Of a stretch of 64,000 nt of DNA, positions 37,344-49,589 are shown piece by piece. The first letter of the stretch is position 1; every line of letters begins with the position of its first letter. The stretch is from the NCBI GenBank assembly GCA_964016885.1, contig OZ024746.1, positions 25,916,001-25,980,000 on the forward strand. The letters are read 5' to 3'. The DNA is from Eledone cirrhosa. Its lineage: Eukaryota. Position numbers and translations under genes: made by a program. The notes under the pieces were generated by a model. The model was not told the DNA's origin, made no database searches, and worked only from the letters and a program-made list of their open reading frames with translations.

Positions 37344-38310
37344 AAGGTGTAGGTAGGAACTCCATTCTCTGCCCCAAATGCAAACAATGGGTACACAAGA
37401 GATGTAGCGGGATCTCAGGAAGCTTAATTAAGAATGTAGGATTCACATGCAGCAGCTGTGCTGAAACAGCAAGCAAACAGCCACAGGAAACAAGTACCAC
37501 CAATCTCTGGGAGGGCCCTGTAGAAACAGTAGACAGCTTCTGCTACCTAGGTGACCGAATTAGCAACGGAGGTGGGTGCTCAGAAAGTACAATAACTAGG
37601 GTAAGAACGGGATGGAAGAAGTTTAGGGAACTACTACCACTGCTAGCTGCAAAAGGCTTCTCCCTCAGAATGAAAGGCAGACTGTATGATGCGTGTATCC
37701 GAACAGCGATGTTGCATGGTAGTGAGACCTGGGCGCTGAAGGTGGAAGACTTACGTAGATTAGAGAGAAACGAAGCCTGCATGCTCCGATGGATGTGTAA
37801 CAGTAATATACGTGAACGACAAAGCATAAAGGAATTGAGAGAGAGACTGAGCATAAGAGGAATCAAATGCTGCGTGCAGGAGAGGCGGTTACGCTGGTAT
37901 GGACATGTGATGCGTATGAAGGATGACAGCTGTATAAAAAGGTGCAGAGCACTAGAAGTTGATGGAAACCGCGGAGTGGGGAGACCCAAGATGACTTGGG
38001 ATGAGGTGATAAAAGCCGACCTTACCCAACTACACCTCTCAAAGACAATGACACACGACCGTGACTTCTGGCGTCACGCAGTAATACAGGGTACCCGACC
38101 TCCCATGGGTACATGCTGAAGCATATAAACAATATGCCCCCACTCCCCCCACCGCAAGGTGGTCGTGGAGGTGCCACGGCAAAAAAGCACCCAGCACTCA
38201 CTGTAAATGAGGTTGGTGTTAGGAAGGGCATCCAGCTGTAGAAATCAAGCCAGAATCAGTTCCCGTCCCACCCTTGCTAGCAGGGAAAAGCGGACGTAAA
38301 ATGAAATGAT
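37344..38310 (+). mobile_element. RTE LINE subfamily B, 5'-truncated
   Basis: [22 protein letters not shown]...FCYLG...[12 protein letters not shown]...PPMGTC*, diverged from subfamily A, with a frameshift before the YLG region. Different 3'UTR ending GGACGTAAAATGAAATGAT; (TA)n flanks. Confidence 0.92.
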
Positions 38311-38639
38311 ATATATGTATATATATAGTTATGTACATATATGTATGTATATATATGTGTGTGTGTGTGTGTATAGAGCGACCTACAGGATAAAGTGTTT
38401 CTTTCATCCAATCTGACAATCAGTTCCTTTCTTCTACCAGAAGTTGAGACCAGCAGATAGCAGAATGACCATTGAAAATAGTTTCTTTGTCCAATTTAAC
38501 AGTCAGCTCCTTCCATTTTGTTACTCATCCAGTGTATTAATAAAGTGGTTATAACAGTGTAACAAACATGGTTTTTATATCTACTTGTCTATGTTAGCAG
38601 AACCAATGATTGAGATGGGGTGTGGGAATAATGAGAGAC

Positions 38640-39010
38640 AGTAATGTCAGAATAGAGAGAATATGATGGGAGAAGGATACTAATGGAGGGAGGAAGAAGT
38701 GAGAGTGTGATGGGAGAGGGAGTAGTACAGTAATGGAGGGGGTGAGAGTATGGTGGGAGAGGTACAGTAATGGAGGGAGTGAGAGTATGGAGGAAGAGGT
38801 ACAGTAATGGAGGGAGTGAGAGTATGGAGGGAGAGGTACAGTAATGGAGGGAATGAGAGTATGATGGGAGAGGTACAGTAATGGATGGAGTGAGAGTATG
38901 ATGGGAGAGGGAGAGATACAACAATGAAGGGAGTGAGTGTGGGAGAGATACAATAATGGAAGGAGTGAGAGTATGATAGGAGAGATAGAGAGTAATGGAG
39001 GGAGTGACTG
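38640..39010. repeat. ~38-bp purine-rich minisatellite
   Basis: GGTACAGTAATGGAGGGAGTGAGAGTATG-type units in tandem. Confidence 0.85.
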
Positions 39011-41109
39011 TGTTGCAAAAGAAATAAAAGGACAACTAACAGACAAAAAAAAAGAAAGAAATTTTGATATTAAGAAGAGAAGCTGTCAATGTCTCAAATC
39101 TATTTCATTTATTTGATTTCATTTTTGTATTTGAGAGAGGGGACATTGGGAGATTGAGAGAGAGGTGAGAGATTGAGAGAAAGGACATGGAAATATTGAA
39201 TTGTAACATTATAATTATTTGCTAATTATTTATTGAGAATTCTCAGACTTTTTCAGATCAATGCTAGTTTATGGGGGAATTTGTCAAGAGAAAATGGCTG
39301 AATAGACAACTTTTAGATTTCAAAGAAATGAATATTGAATTATACATTATAGCAAATTGTTTGTTTAAAAATACCACTTGATGTAGCCATTTTGATACTA
39401 AACCACCTGAAACTACCACTGGTTCGATTAGATAAAGCTGTTTATTTTAAAGTGTTTATCATCATTATATGTCAATTTTTCCATGCTGGCATGGGGTGGA
39501 CAGTTCATTAAACACCAAATCAGTATTTAATCAGAGTTACTGAGTTCCTAGATGGACCTGAGACCACATCTCCCTTACCTACATTCTAATGTTGGTGAGG
39601 TTTCTGCAGCTAGATGCCTTTTCTATCACCATCTGTTTTATATTTATCTAAAAGCCAACCATAATTTTATGTATGGACCTCTATGTTACAAACACCAGCT
39701 TAATAATGAGAAAGTTAGTTATATTAGCAAATCCCTCCAAATGTTTGGTTATTAAAAAAAAGATTTTAAAATCATGTGCATGTGTGTTTCATTAAATGTA
39801 TGGTTATAAAAGGTTTAAAATAAGAAAAAGCAAATAAACAATTTGGTCTAATGAGAATATGAATACCTTACGACCATCTAAGATAACAATATTTGGTAAA
39901 TGAAATTCACAACTCACACCCAAGTAAGTTTAGCTGGTTTTCTACAAGATTGTATCTCATAGGTTTCTCATATGTTTTAATAACAGAGGCCACAGTCCAA
40001 TCATATTGTTACAGTTTTCACCGATATTGGTTTAGCAGGCTTCCTACAAGGTTGCATCTCATAGGAAATTTCTCAGATGCAAATCAGAGGAGTTTCTCAG
40101 GTGTTTTAATGATAGGGGGACCCGATCCTATAATGTTATTACAGTTCACACCTATGTAGCTTTAGCTGGCCTTCTATGAGGTTGTCTCTTATCGATTCCT
40201 CAGGTGTTTTAGTGAACAGCAACATGAAATGAAGTTTCTTGCTCAAGAATACAATGCACTCTTTAATCCAGGAAGGAATACCCATGACTTTAAGATTGTG
40301 AGTCTAACACTCTAACCACTAGTCCAAGTACTTTCACAAGACAACAGTATTTGGTTTGAATTAATTACATTTTATTTATTGTGTATATTTGGGAGAAAAT
40401 CTTATTGAGTAACAAAATGAAAATTGATTGGATTCTTGAGAAGATATCTCCAGAGAATTCTACTTCAACAGATGACATGGCAACTATAGTGAAATACCTT
40501 TACATTCAACTGAATTAATCTGGCTGGATAAAGCTAATACAATGTTATACAGCCTTCATACTGGGAAAAAAAAATGCCAATATCATTGTCCTCATCATCA
40601 CCACCATTGCCATCATCATCATCACCACCGTTTATCATCAAAAGAAATTGTCATCATAATCATCATCATTACTATCAGGAGGATTACCATCATCATCCAC
40701 ATTGTCATTGTCACCATCCTCATCCTTGTCATCCGCATCGTCATCACCATCATCATTATCATCACCATGTCATCCCCATTGTCATCACTAACATCATCAT
40801 CATCGTTAAATTTCAACTTCTTCATGCAGGTATGGGTTGGACATATTTTCTAAAACCAAATTCTACAGCCGAATGCCTTTCTTGACACCAACCTTTTCAG
40901 TCATCTCTTACGACAATGCCACAACATACCTATTTTAAAACTGAGATATGCTTGATAAAGATTTAATTAAAAATATCTCAAAACTAAGAATCTAATTTTA
41001 ATTAACTAAGTTGACAAATAGGTATTTAATGTGGTAAAAATGTTAAAGTCTCTCCAACACCCAGAGTCTCATCAGGCTGGTGCTTATCCTGGTTTCATTG
41101 ACATTGTCA

Positions 41110-42885
41110 GTCTCCATTGCAGGGTTAACTCCCAGCTACTACTGGTACTCATGTCTCCATTGCAGGGTTAACTCCCAGCTACTACTGATACTCATGTCTC
41201 CATTGCAGGGTTAACTCCCAGCTACTACTGATACTCATGTCTCCATTGCAGGGTTAACTCCCAGCTACTACTGATACTCATGTCTCCATTGCAGGGTTAA
41301 CTCCCAGCTACTACTGGTACTCATGTCTCCATTGCAGGGTTAACTCCCAGCTACTACTGGTACTCATGTCTCCATTGCAGGGTTAACTCCCAGCTACTAC
41401 TGGTACTCATGTCTCCATTGCAGGGTTAACTCCCAGCTACTACTGGTACTCATATCTCCATTGCAGGGTTAACTCCCAGCTACTACTGATACTCATGTCT
41501 CCATTGCAGGGTTAACTCCCAGCTACTACTGATACTCATATCTCCATTGCAGGGTTAACTCCCAGCTACTACTGATACTCATGTCTCCATTGCAGGGTTA
41601 ACTCCCAGCTACTACTGGTACTCATGTCTCCATTGCAGGGTTAACTCCCAGCTACTACTGGTACTCATATCTCCATTGCAGGGTTAACTCCCAGCTACTA
41701 CTGGTACTCATGTCTCCATTGCAGGGTTAACTCCCAGCTACTACTGATACTCATGTCTCCATTGCAGGGTTAACTCCCAGCTACTACTGGTACTCATGTC
41801 TTCATTGCAGGGTTAACTCCCAGCTACTACTGATACTCATGTCTCCATTGCAGGGTTAACTCCCAGCTACTACTGGTACTCATGTCTCCATTGCAGGGTT
41901 AACTCCCAGCTACTACTGATACTCATGTCTCCATTGCAGGGTTAACTCCCAGCTACTACTGGTACTCATGTCTCCATTGCAGGGTTAACTCCCAGCTACT
42001 ACTGGTACTCATGTCTCCATTGCAGGGTTAACTCCCAGCTACTACTGGTACTCATGTCTCCATTGCAGGGTTAACTCCCAGCTACTACTGATACTCATGT
42101 CTCCATTGCAGGGTTAACTCCCAGCTACTACTGGTACTCATGTCTTCATTGCAGGGTTAACTCCCAGCTACTACTGGTACTCATGTCTCCATTGCAGGGT
42201 TAACTCCCAGCTACTACTGGTACTCATGTCTTCATTGCAGGGTTAACTCCCAGCTACTACTGGTACTCATGTCTCCATTGCAGGGTTAACTCCCAGCTAC
42301 TACTGGTACTCATGTCTTCATTGCAGGGTTAACTCCCAGCTACTACTGGTACTCATGTCTCCATTGCAGGGTTAACTCCCAGCTACTACTGGTACTCATG
42401 TCTCCATTGCAGGGTTAACTCCCAGCTACTACTGGTACTCATGTCTTCATTGCAGGGTTAACTCCCAGCTACTACTGATACTCATGTCTCCATTGCAGGG
42501 TTAACTCCCAGCTACTACTGGTACTCATGTCTTCATTGCAGGGTTAACTCCCAGCTACTACTGGTACTCATGTCTCCATTGCAGGGTTAACTCCCAGCTA
42601 CTACTGGTACTCATGTCTCCATTGCAGGGTTAACTCCCAGCTACTACTGGTACTCATGTCTCCATTGCAGGGTTAACTCCCAGCTACTACTGGTACTCAT
42701 GTCTCCATTGCAGGGTTAACTCCCAGCTACTACTGATACTCATGTCTCCATTGCAGGGTTAACTCCCAGCTACTACTGATACTCATGTCTCCATTGCAGG
42801 GTTAACTCCCAGCTACTACTGATACTCATGTCTCCATTGCAGGGTTAACTCCCAGCTACTACTGGTACTCATGTCTCCATTGCAA
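41110..42885. repeat. Homogeneous 43-bp tandem array (~41 copies)
   Basis: Unit GTCTCCATTGCAGGGTTAACTCCCAGCTACTACTG(G/A)TACTCAT with three variable positions and no spacers. Confidence 0.97.
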
Positions 42886-43571
42886 CTGAGTGAAAGGGAC
42901 TGTTTTGCTCAAGAACACAACACACCAGGTTCAAGAATGTTTGGCACAGTGTTTAGAAGGTTGGATAGAATGCTTCACATTATTCATTTCAATTCTTTGT
43001 ACTCTGTATTCAAATCCTGCCTAGGTCAGCTTTGCCTTTCTTCCTTTTATGGTTGATAAAATAAAGTACCAGTTTAATTCTGCAATTGATTCATCTGTTT
43101 CACTTTCTCTTTTTCACTTTTTTTTTTGTTTCTGGAAGAAATTGGCTGAGTTCAGATTTGGAGAGGGATGAGCTCCACCAGGTTTAAAATAACTAAGACA
43201 TACTGTATGACACGATGGTACCCCAACAACTCCATCAGGAGATGGGGACCCATGGATGAATCAAATTTAGTGTGCACGAGAGAAGACTGTGGATATGTGG
43301 TGTGTATAGATGATGATTGTTGGGTAAAAAACTGCCAAGTTATCTTAGTGCAAGGAAGCTGCAGAAGAGGAAAACCAAGGAAGACATGGGATCAAGTGAT
43401 GAGAGCTGATTTCAGAATGCTAAACTTAATAGGAGATGACAAAGGAACACAACAGTTAGGGGCAAGCTATGCTAGAGAAGAACCGTCCAACACATGCAAG
43501 CAAGGAAAAATAGATATAAAACAATGATAATGTTAAAGTTGCTTAAATTTTGACTTCTTTCTCTAATAGTT

Positions 43572-43728
43572 TTATTTATTCTTTTACTAGTTTCAGTCAC
43601 TAGACTCTGGTCATACTGGGGTGCCACCTTGAAGGGATTTTAGTCAATAATATTAACCCTGGTACTTATTCTCTTTCAAATCTGGTACTTATTTTATCAA
43701 TCACTTTTTTGTTGAACTGCTAAGATTT
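43572..43728. mobile_element. Dispersed ~150-bp repeat family (copies ~18772-18925, 59050-59185, 62138-62290)
   Basis: Shared TTCTTTTA..GTTTCAGTCA.TAGACTGTGG.CATACTGGGG.ACCACCTTGAAG...TACTTATT; probably a SINE remnant. Confidence 0.6.
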
Positions 43729-44809
43729 AAAATGCAACATTCCTCTTCTGATTCCATTATTTCTTTACTAATTCACTCACAATTCAGCTAGCAAGAGTTG
43801 GTTTGGTTGTTAATAACCAAGTCAGTACTAAATTGGAGTTACTGATCTTTCAGATGGCCTGCATCTCACTCAAATATATTTCCACACTTTACAGAATGTA
43901 CTGGGTGCATTTTATTGTGGAACCAGCACTAGGGAACTCATCATGTCTTTGATATTACTGAAGATTCCTCTCAACTATTTGGCAATTTTTCTATGGCTGG
44001 ATGCCTTTCTTATCACCAACCACTTTACAGAGTATAATGTCACACCCATGCAAGCAAGGAAAAGTGGACATAAAATGATGATGATGAATGGATACATATA
44101 ATTATAACACAAATGCTTATTCATTCTAGTGTTTTTCTTAAGAATCTGCTTTAAACTATTTTTTATTGTTTTTACACCTTCAGAACATTTTGGTGTCTTT
44201 AGCAATACCTGTTTGTATATATGGCTTCTGGAAACATAGCAAGTAATAACATTTACTTTTGAGTATGTCGATGTTGTGACACCCTAAAGAGTTATTCTGG
44301 AACTGTTGAGGTATGCACTTTATTACAAAGAAAACAGTTTAGCGTAACACTGTTTTCATGGAATAATTATTGCTGCTGGTGTTTGTTTAGTCACCATCAC
44401 TGTCATCATCATTTTGCGTCTGTTTTTCCATGCTGGTATGGGTTAAACTGATTGTCACAGTCTGAGACTAAACAAGTTTAAGAACCACATCTTTCTCATA
44501 GCATTCTAGTTTTGGAATAGTTCTTCCTAATACCAACCATTTTGCAGAGTGCACTGGGTGCATTTTATCATGACACCAATACTACTACTTTACAGAGTGT
44601 GCCTAGTATTGAAATAACATTTCTTTAAATCGGTTAACTCTACTTTCAAAGAGACAATGGGTAATAGTACATTCTGATTTTAAATAATGATTCTTTAAAT
44701 CCAATATTGAAAGACATTGTTTTAGTTATTCCTATATTTTCATCAACTTGTTCTTCAGAAAGAATTCCAAACCTTTCAAGCCTAAAAATAAATTAACCAA
44801 AAATTATTT

Positions 44810-45110
44810 ACTGTACCCGTGTGTGTATCTGGTTTACATTAGGTACACTGTATCCATGAGTGTATCTGATTTACATTAGGAACACTGTACCCCTATGTGT
44901 ATCTGGCTTACAATAGGTACACTGTACCCCTATGTGTATCTGGCTTACAATAGGTACACAGTATCGCTGTATGTATTTAGTTTAGATTGGGTACACTGTA
45001 CCATTGTGTGTATCTGGATTAGTATAGGTACACTGTACCCCTATGTATATCTGGTTTAGACTAGGTACACTGTATCTCTGTGTATCCCTGTGTATATCTG
45101 GTTTAAAATA
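44810..45110. repeat. ~40-bp minisatellite
   Basis: GGTACACTGTACCCCTATGTGTATCTGG.TTA.A.TA units, ~7 copies. Confidence 0.85.
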
Positions 45111-47820
45111 GCAACACCATGCCCCTAATGTTAAAAGAGGTTAGTGCAACTGGGGATAAAACATGGCCTCAAAACAGACTCTGTCATGGGGCCTGCAAGG
45201 CTAACATCTACTTTAGCAGGGAAATGACATTAGAAACTGATTTTAAAAGAAAATAAAAAAATAATTCAGAAAATAATTGTTTCATCACCAACACCATCAT
45301 CCCCACCCTTATCCCTACCATCATCATTGGATTTAGTTACAAAAACTGATTTCCTTTATTATGCTCATTTATTTTCCATAGGAAGTTGTATTTTGTTGTT
45401 TCAAAATACCTAAAAAAAAAAATTTTTAATTGTATAAATCCCAAATCTGATTTCATATGGAATTACCAAAGATAATTACTTGTGGCAATTAACAATTAAT
45501 TGATTGTACAACATTTCACTTTTAGTTGATCAATTAAAAAGAAACATATAAATGAAATCTTTTAATTAATCAATAATTTTCTGAAAAAAAAAAGATATTA
45601 CTTAAAGCAATTAGCAATATTTCTAATATTGAGTAGAAATCTAAGCTGAAAGCGATCTGCTTTGGTCAGTGAGGTAGATAATGGAATGGAAAAGAGCTGA
45701 TCAACAGATCAAACTAGGGAAAAAATGTTAGGATTAACAATGGAAAGGTCAATACAATCTGTTAGTTGTAACTCTTGGCAGAAATAAGGAGCTGATTATC
45801 AGATTAGACAAGGGAACCAATGTTTGTATTGACCTCTCCATTGTTAATCCTATCTGTTAGTTGTAACTATTAACAGAAGTAAGGAGCTGATTATCAGATC
45901 AGGTTACAAATGTTTCTGTTGGTTGTAATTCCTGGCAGAAGAAAGTAGCTGATTGTTGGATTGGACTAAGACATTTTTTCCATTGACCTTTCAATTGCTG
46001 ATACTATCTGCCAATCACAGGAGGTGGGACTTAAATTCAGAACACACACAGCTGGATCAGACACCACAAATTGCCCTGTCCAACTCTTTAATAGTTCCAC
46101 CAATCCACCACCCTTGGAGAGATGCAACCGGAAAAGGATGAAAGGCAAAGAGGACTGCATTGCTGTAATATAGAGAGAAAGTGAAATTCAGTTTGTTTAT
46201 TGTGGGGCCTGGAGTTTTCATTGTCAGTAAGAAGCTTATTTCTATTACATTTATTTTCATTTTAATTATAAATTTAATTGATATATCCAGTGAGGAAAGT
46301 TCAACAATAAAACATCCAGTCATAGTTTCAAAATAATGGTTTCTGATTTAGGCACAATGCCAACAATTTTAGTGGGAAAGGAGTCAGTGAAATCAACCCC
46401 AATGCATTACTGTTGCTTTATTTCATTGACCCCCATAAGGATGAAAGACAAAGCTAACCACTCAGTGGGATTTAAACTCAGAACATAAAAGAGTGTAACT
46501 ATATGCCGCAAAGCATGTTGACCGACATTCTACCAATACACCGCTCAAATAATAATAATTGTTTCTACTTTTGGCACAAGGCTAGCAATTACCCAGTGTA
46601 TTACTGGTACTTTATTTTATCGACCCTGTAAGGATAAAAGGCAAAGTTAACCTCGGCGGGATTTGAACTCAGAATGGCAAGGGCCGTAACTCTATGTGTC
46701 AAAGCATGCCAAAATATAGAATATATGAGCAGGACATGGCAACCAAATCCATCTACTCTCTTGTATTTCAGACCATTTCTCCCACATGTAAAGCTGGTAA
46801 TAGGCCCATACCAGATGTAAAAATGTAGCCCCACCTCCATCTGGTAATATCTTTAATTTAAATAGGAATGCTTTAACCCTTTCTTCACCATATATCCAAT
46901 TATTTCATTATTAAGATGGTATTTGTATCATAAACAGTTTTTTTTACATGCTGAAAGATTTTATTTCATAGATTTTGTATTAAATAGGTTAAGATGAAAC
47001 AGTTTCCCTATAACCATGTTACCATGGTTATTGAACAGATTGGAAATTGTTTTGCTTGTAGGAAATAGTGCTTAATTGCAATATTTTCTGGAATGTTCCT
47101 AGATTCAGTTAATATCCATCCCAAACAGAAAGGAAACATTATTTCCATTGATTTTTCTTCACCAAATATTTTGTCATTTAATCTCAATTCTTTGATTAAA
47201 TGAAATTATTACAAGAATATTTAAATAAGCAATTAAATTTAACGAATATTATAAAAAATAAATGATTTATATCTAATAAACGGCTTTGTTCCACCCTGCT
47301 GAGGTCACAATGACCTCTTTCACAGTTGTGTTGGTGCTAAGTGGTAGAGATGGTATCATGATACAATACACCCAGTACACTCTGTAAAGTGGTAGTGCTG
47401 GTGCCATGATAAAATGTATCAAGTACACTATAAAGTCTTAGTGATAATGCAATGATAAATTTTTACCCTGTACACTTAGTAAAGTGGTGGTGCAAAATGC
47501 ACCCAGTATACTCTGTAAGTGGTAGTGGTGGTTCCATGATACAGTACACCCAGTATACTCTGTAAAATGGTAGTGGTGGTTCCATGATACAGTACACCCA
47601 GTATACTCTGTAAAATGGTAGTGCTTTAAAAGTCATGCAAAAAAGGGAATGTATGGGCAAGATGTTCCCACGATCATTGGTTTGTTTAGTTTCAGTTCAT
47701 GACAACCCATCTAATTCATGCTAACGTATATGGAAAGCAGACATAAAATGATTAATAATCAGAATAAATATTTCTAAAAACAAACTATTATATGTAATAT
47801 ATATATTGTAATATATATAT

Positions 47821-48008
47821 TGGTGGATTGGCAGTATCGGTAGAGGGTCGGACGCCTTGCTTTGACGCAGAGAGTTATGACCCTTGCCATTCTGAGTTCA
47901 AATCCCGCCGAGGTCAACTTTGCCTTTCATCCTTACGGGGTCGATAAAATAAAGTACCAGTAATGTACTGGGTAATTGCTGGCCTTGTGCCAAAAGTAGA
48001 AACAATTA
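47821..48008 (+). mobile_element. Second tRNA-like SINE family (copies 19367-19560+, 20317-20470+, 24489-24720+, 46555-46710-, 48440-48830+, 51717-51905-)
   Basis: A-box-like TGGCAGTATCGG and B box GAGTTCAAATCC, then GCCTTTCATCC..GGGGTCGATAAAATAAAGTACCAG and the tail GGCCTTGTGCCAAAAGTAGAAACAATTA(TT)n. Confidence 0.8.
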
Positions 48009-48839
48009 TATGTAATATATATATTATATAAATGAATAAACAATTAAAAGTTAGTCTTCACAGAATTTATTTTTCTTCTGCCAATATTTTTCTTTTGCCG
48101 TATTTGTCCAGCCATGATTTGTTTTCGATACACCCCTACTGCATGCAAGAGTGTATTTTTGACTGTATTCAATTTTTATGGCACATTGCCTGATAAGTGA
48201 ATTTGAGTGAATTCCTTGCTTTCTGTTATCCATCATCATCATTGTTTTTAGATTTGACATGTTTCTGATGCTAGCATGGGTTGTATGAGACAATGTTTTA
48301 CAGTCAGATGCCTTTCCTGACACCAACCCTTTTAGTTGTTTCTTATGATACACAGGAATACAGTATACCTATTCTAATCTGAATCTGGATACACAATTAT
48401 CAAATAGGCCCATAGTTTTCACAGAAAATAAAGGGTTTTCATCCTTATGAAGGAGGGGGAAATTGATAAAATAAAACCCCAGTTACTTACTGGGGTCGAT
48501 TTAATCGCCTTTCCTTTTCCCCTAAAATTGTTGGCCTTGTGCCTAAATCAGAAACCATTATTGTTGTTTGGCAAACTTGTTAGAATGTCAAACAAAGGCT
48601 TTGTATTTGTTCTGAGTTTAAATTCCCCCGAGGTCAGCTTTGTCTTTCATTCTTTTAGGGTTGATAAAGTAAAGTACTGAGGTTTGATGTAATCAACTTT
48701 TTTTTCCTCTTAATTGCTGGCCTTGTGACAAAATGTGAAGCCATTAGAGGGCAGTAGATTGGCAGTATTTAGTTTTGACTTTCTACATTCTGAGTTCAAT
48801 TCCACTGAGGTTAGCTTTGCCTTTCATTCTTCTGTGGTC

Positions 48840-49120
48840 TTTGGAGTAATATTACGCAATAGAGTGAATAACTCAGAGATTAGAGAGTCACTCCAGGCAG
48901 AGCCACTACTTCTCCGATACTATGGGCATGTGGCTAGAATGTCTCAGAAAAGAATCGCCAGACAGAACCAACTGGCAGTAGACCTTGAGCAAGATGGTTG
49001 GATAACATTCTTGAGCTTGGGGATCCAGCTGGACCAGTTGGAGATGGTTGATTCTGACAGGATCCACTGGGAGTGAGTGTCTAAAGATTCTACTCCCACA
49101 ACCCTCGCAGAAATAAGAGA
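48840..49120 (+). mobile_element. Fragment of another RTE-like LINE (related copies ~7000-7255+ and 32730-32925-)
   Basis: LRYYGHVARMSQKRIARQ. GGATCCAGC...ACCCTC.CAG.AATAAG is shared across the three copies. Confidence 0.6.
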
Positions 49121-49589
49121 CCAAAGAAATTTTTTGGGGATATTTACATAGTAATAGTTCGGGAATTAGTAGGATGTGGGTGTTTTATCTGATGGTTCCG
49201 AAGATAAATTTGTTTCTGATTTGAACCTAGATTAATGAGATAAGGGTGTGTACGTTGTATCTGATTGTTCCTAAGATACATAGGTTTCTGAATTGTGGAA
49301 AACATGCCAACCTCCTTAGAGTTAGTGCCATGATAAAATGATCAGTGACTGAGTATTGCCTTGGTCTGTGATGATCCGCCCAGCTCTTGCCAGCAAGGAA
49401 AACTGACATTAAATATATACACATACATACATACACACAGGGTGAAGTTAGAGTAGTGTGTTCAGAATTAAAGACTACCATCTCATAATGCTGCAAATCT
49501 CTCCACTGGTAAACATTTGGATTACAAATTCAGAAAATCATTTTTAGACGTTAAGAGTTAAATACAAATTACAATGCATTTATATACAT

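Noticed and set aside
40542-40885. His-rich ORFs (also 17-215)
   Set aside because: Degenerate (CAT)n microsatellite with no gene structure.
41110-42885. 43-bp array as a CRISPR array
   Set aside because: Units are head-to-tail with no unique spacers, there are no cas genes, and the context is eukaryotic.
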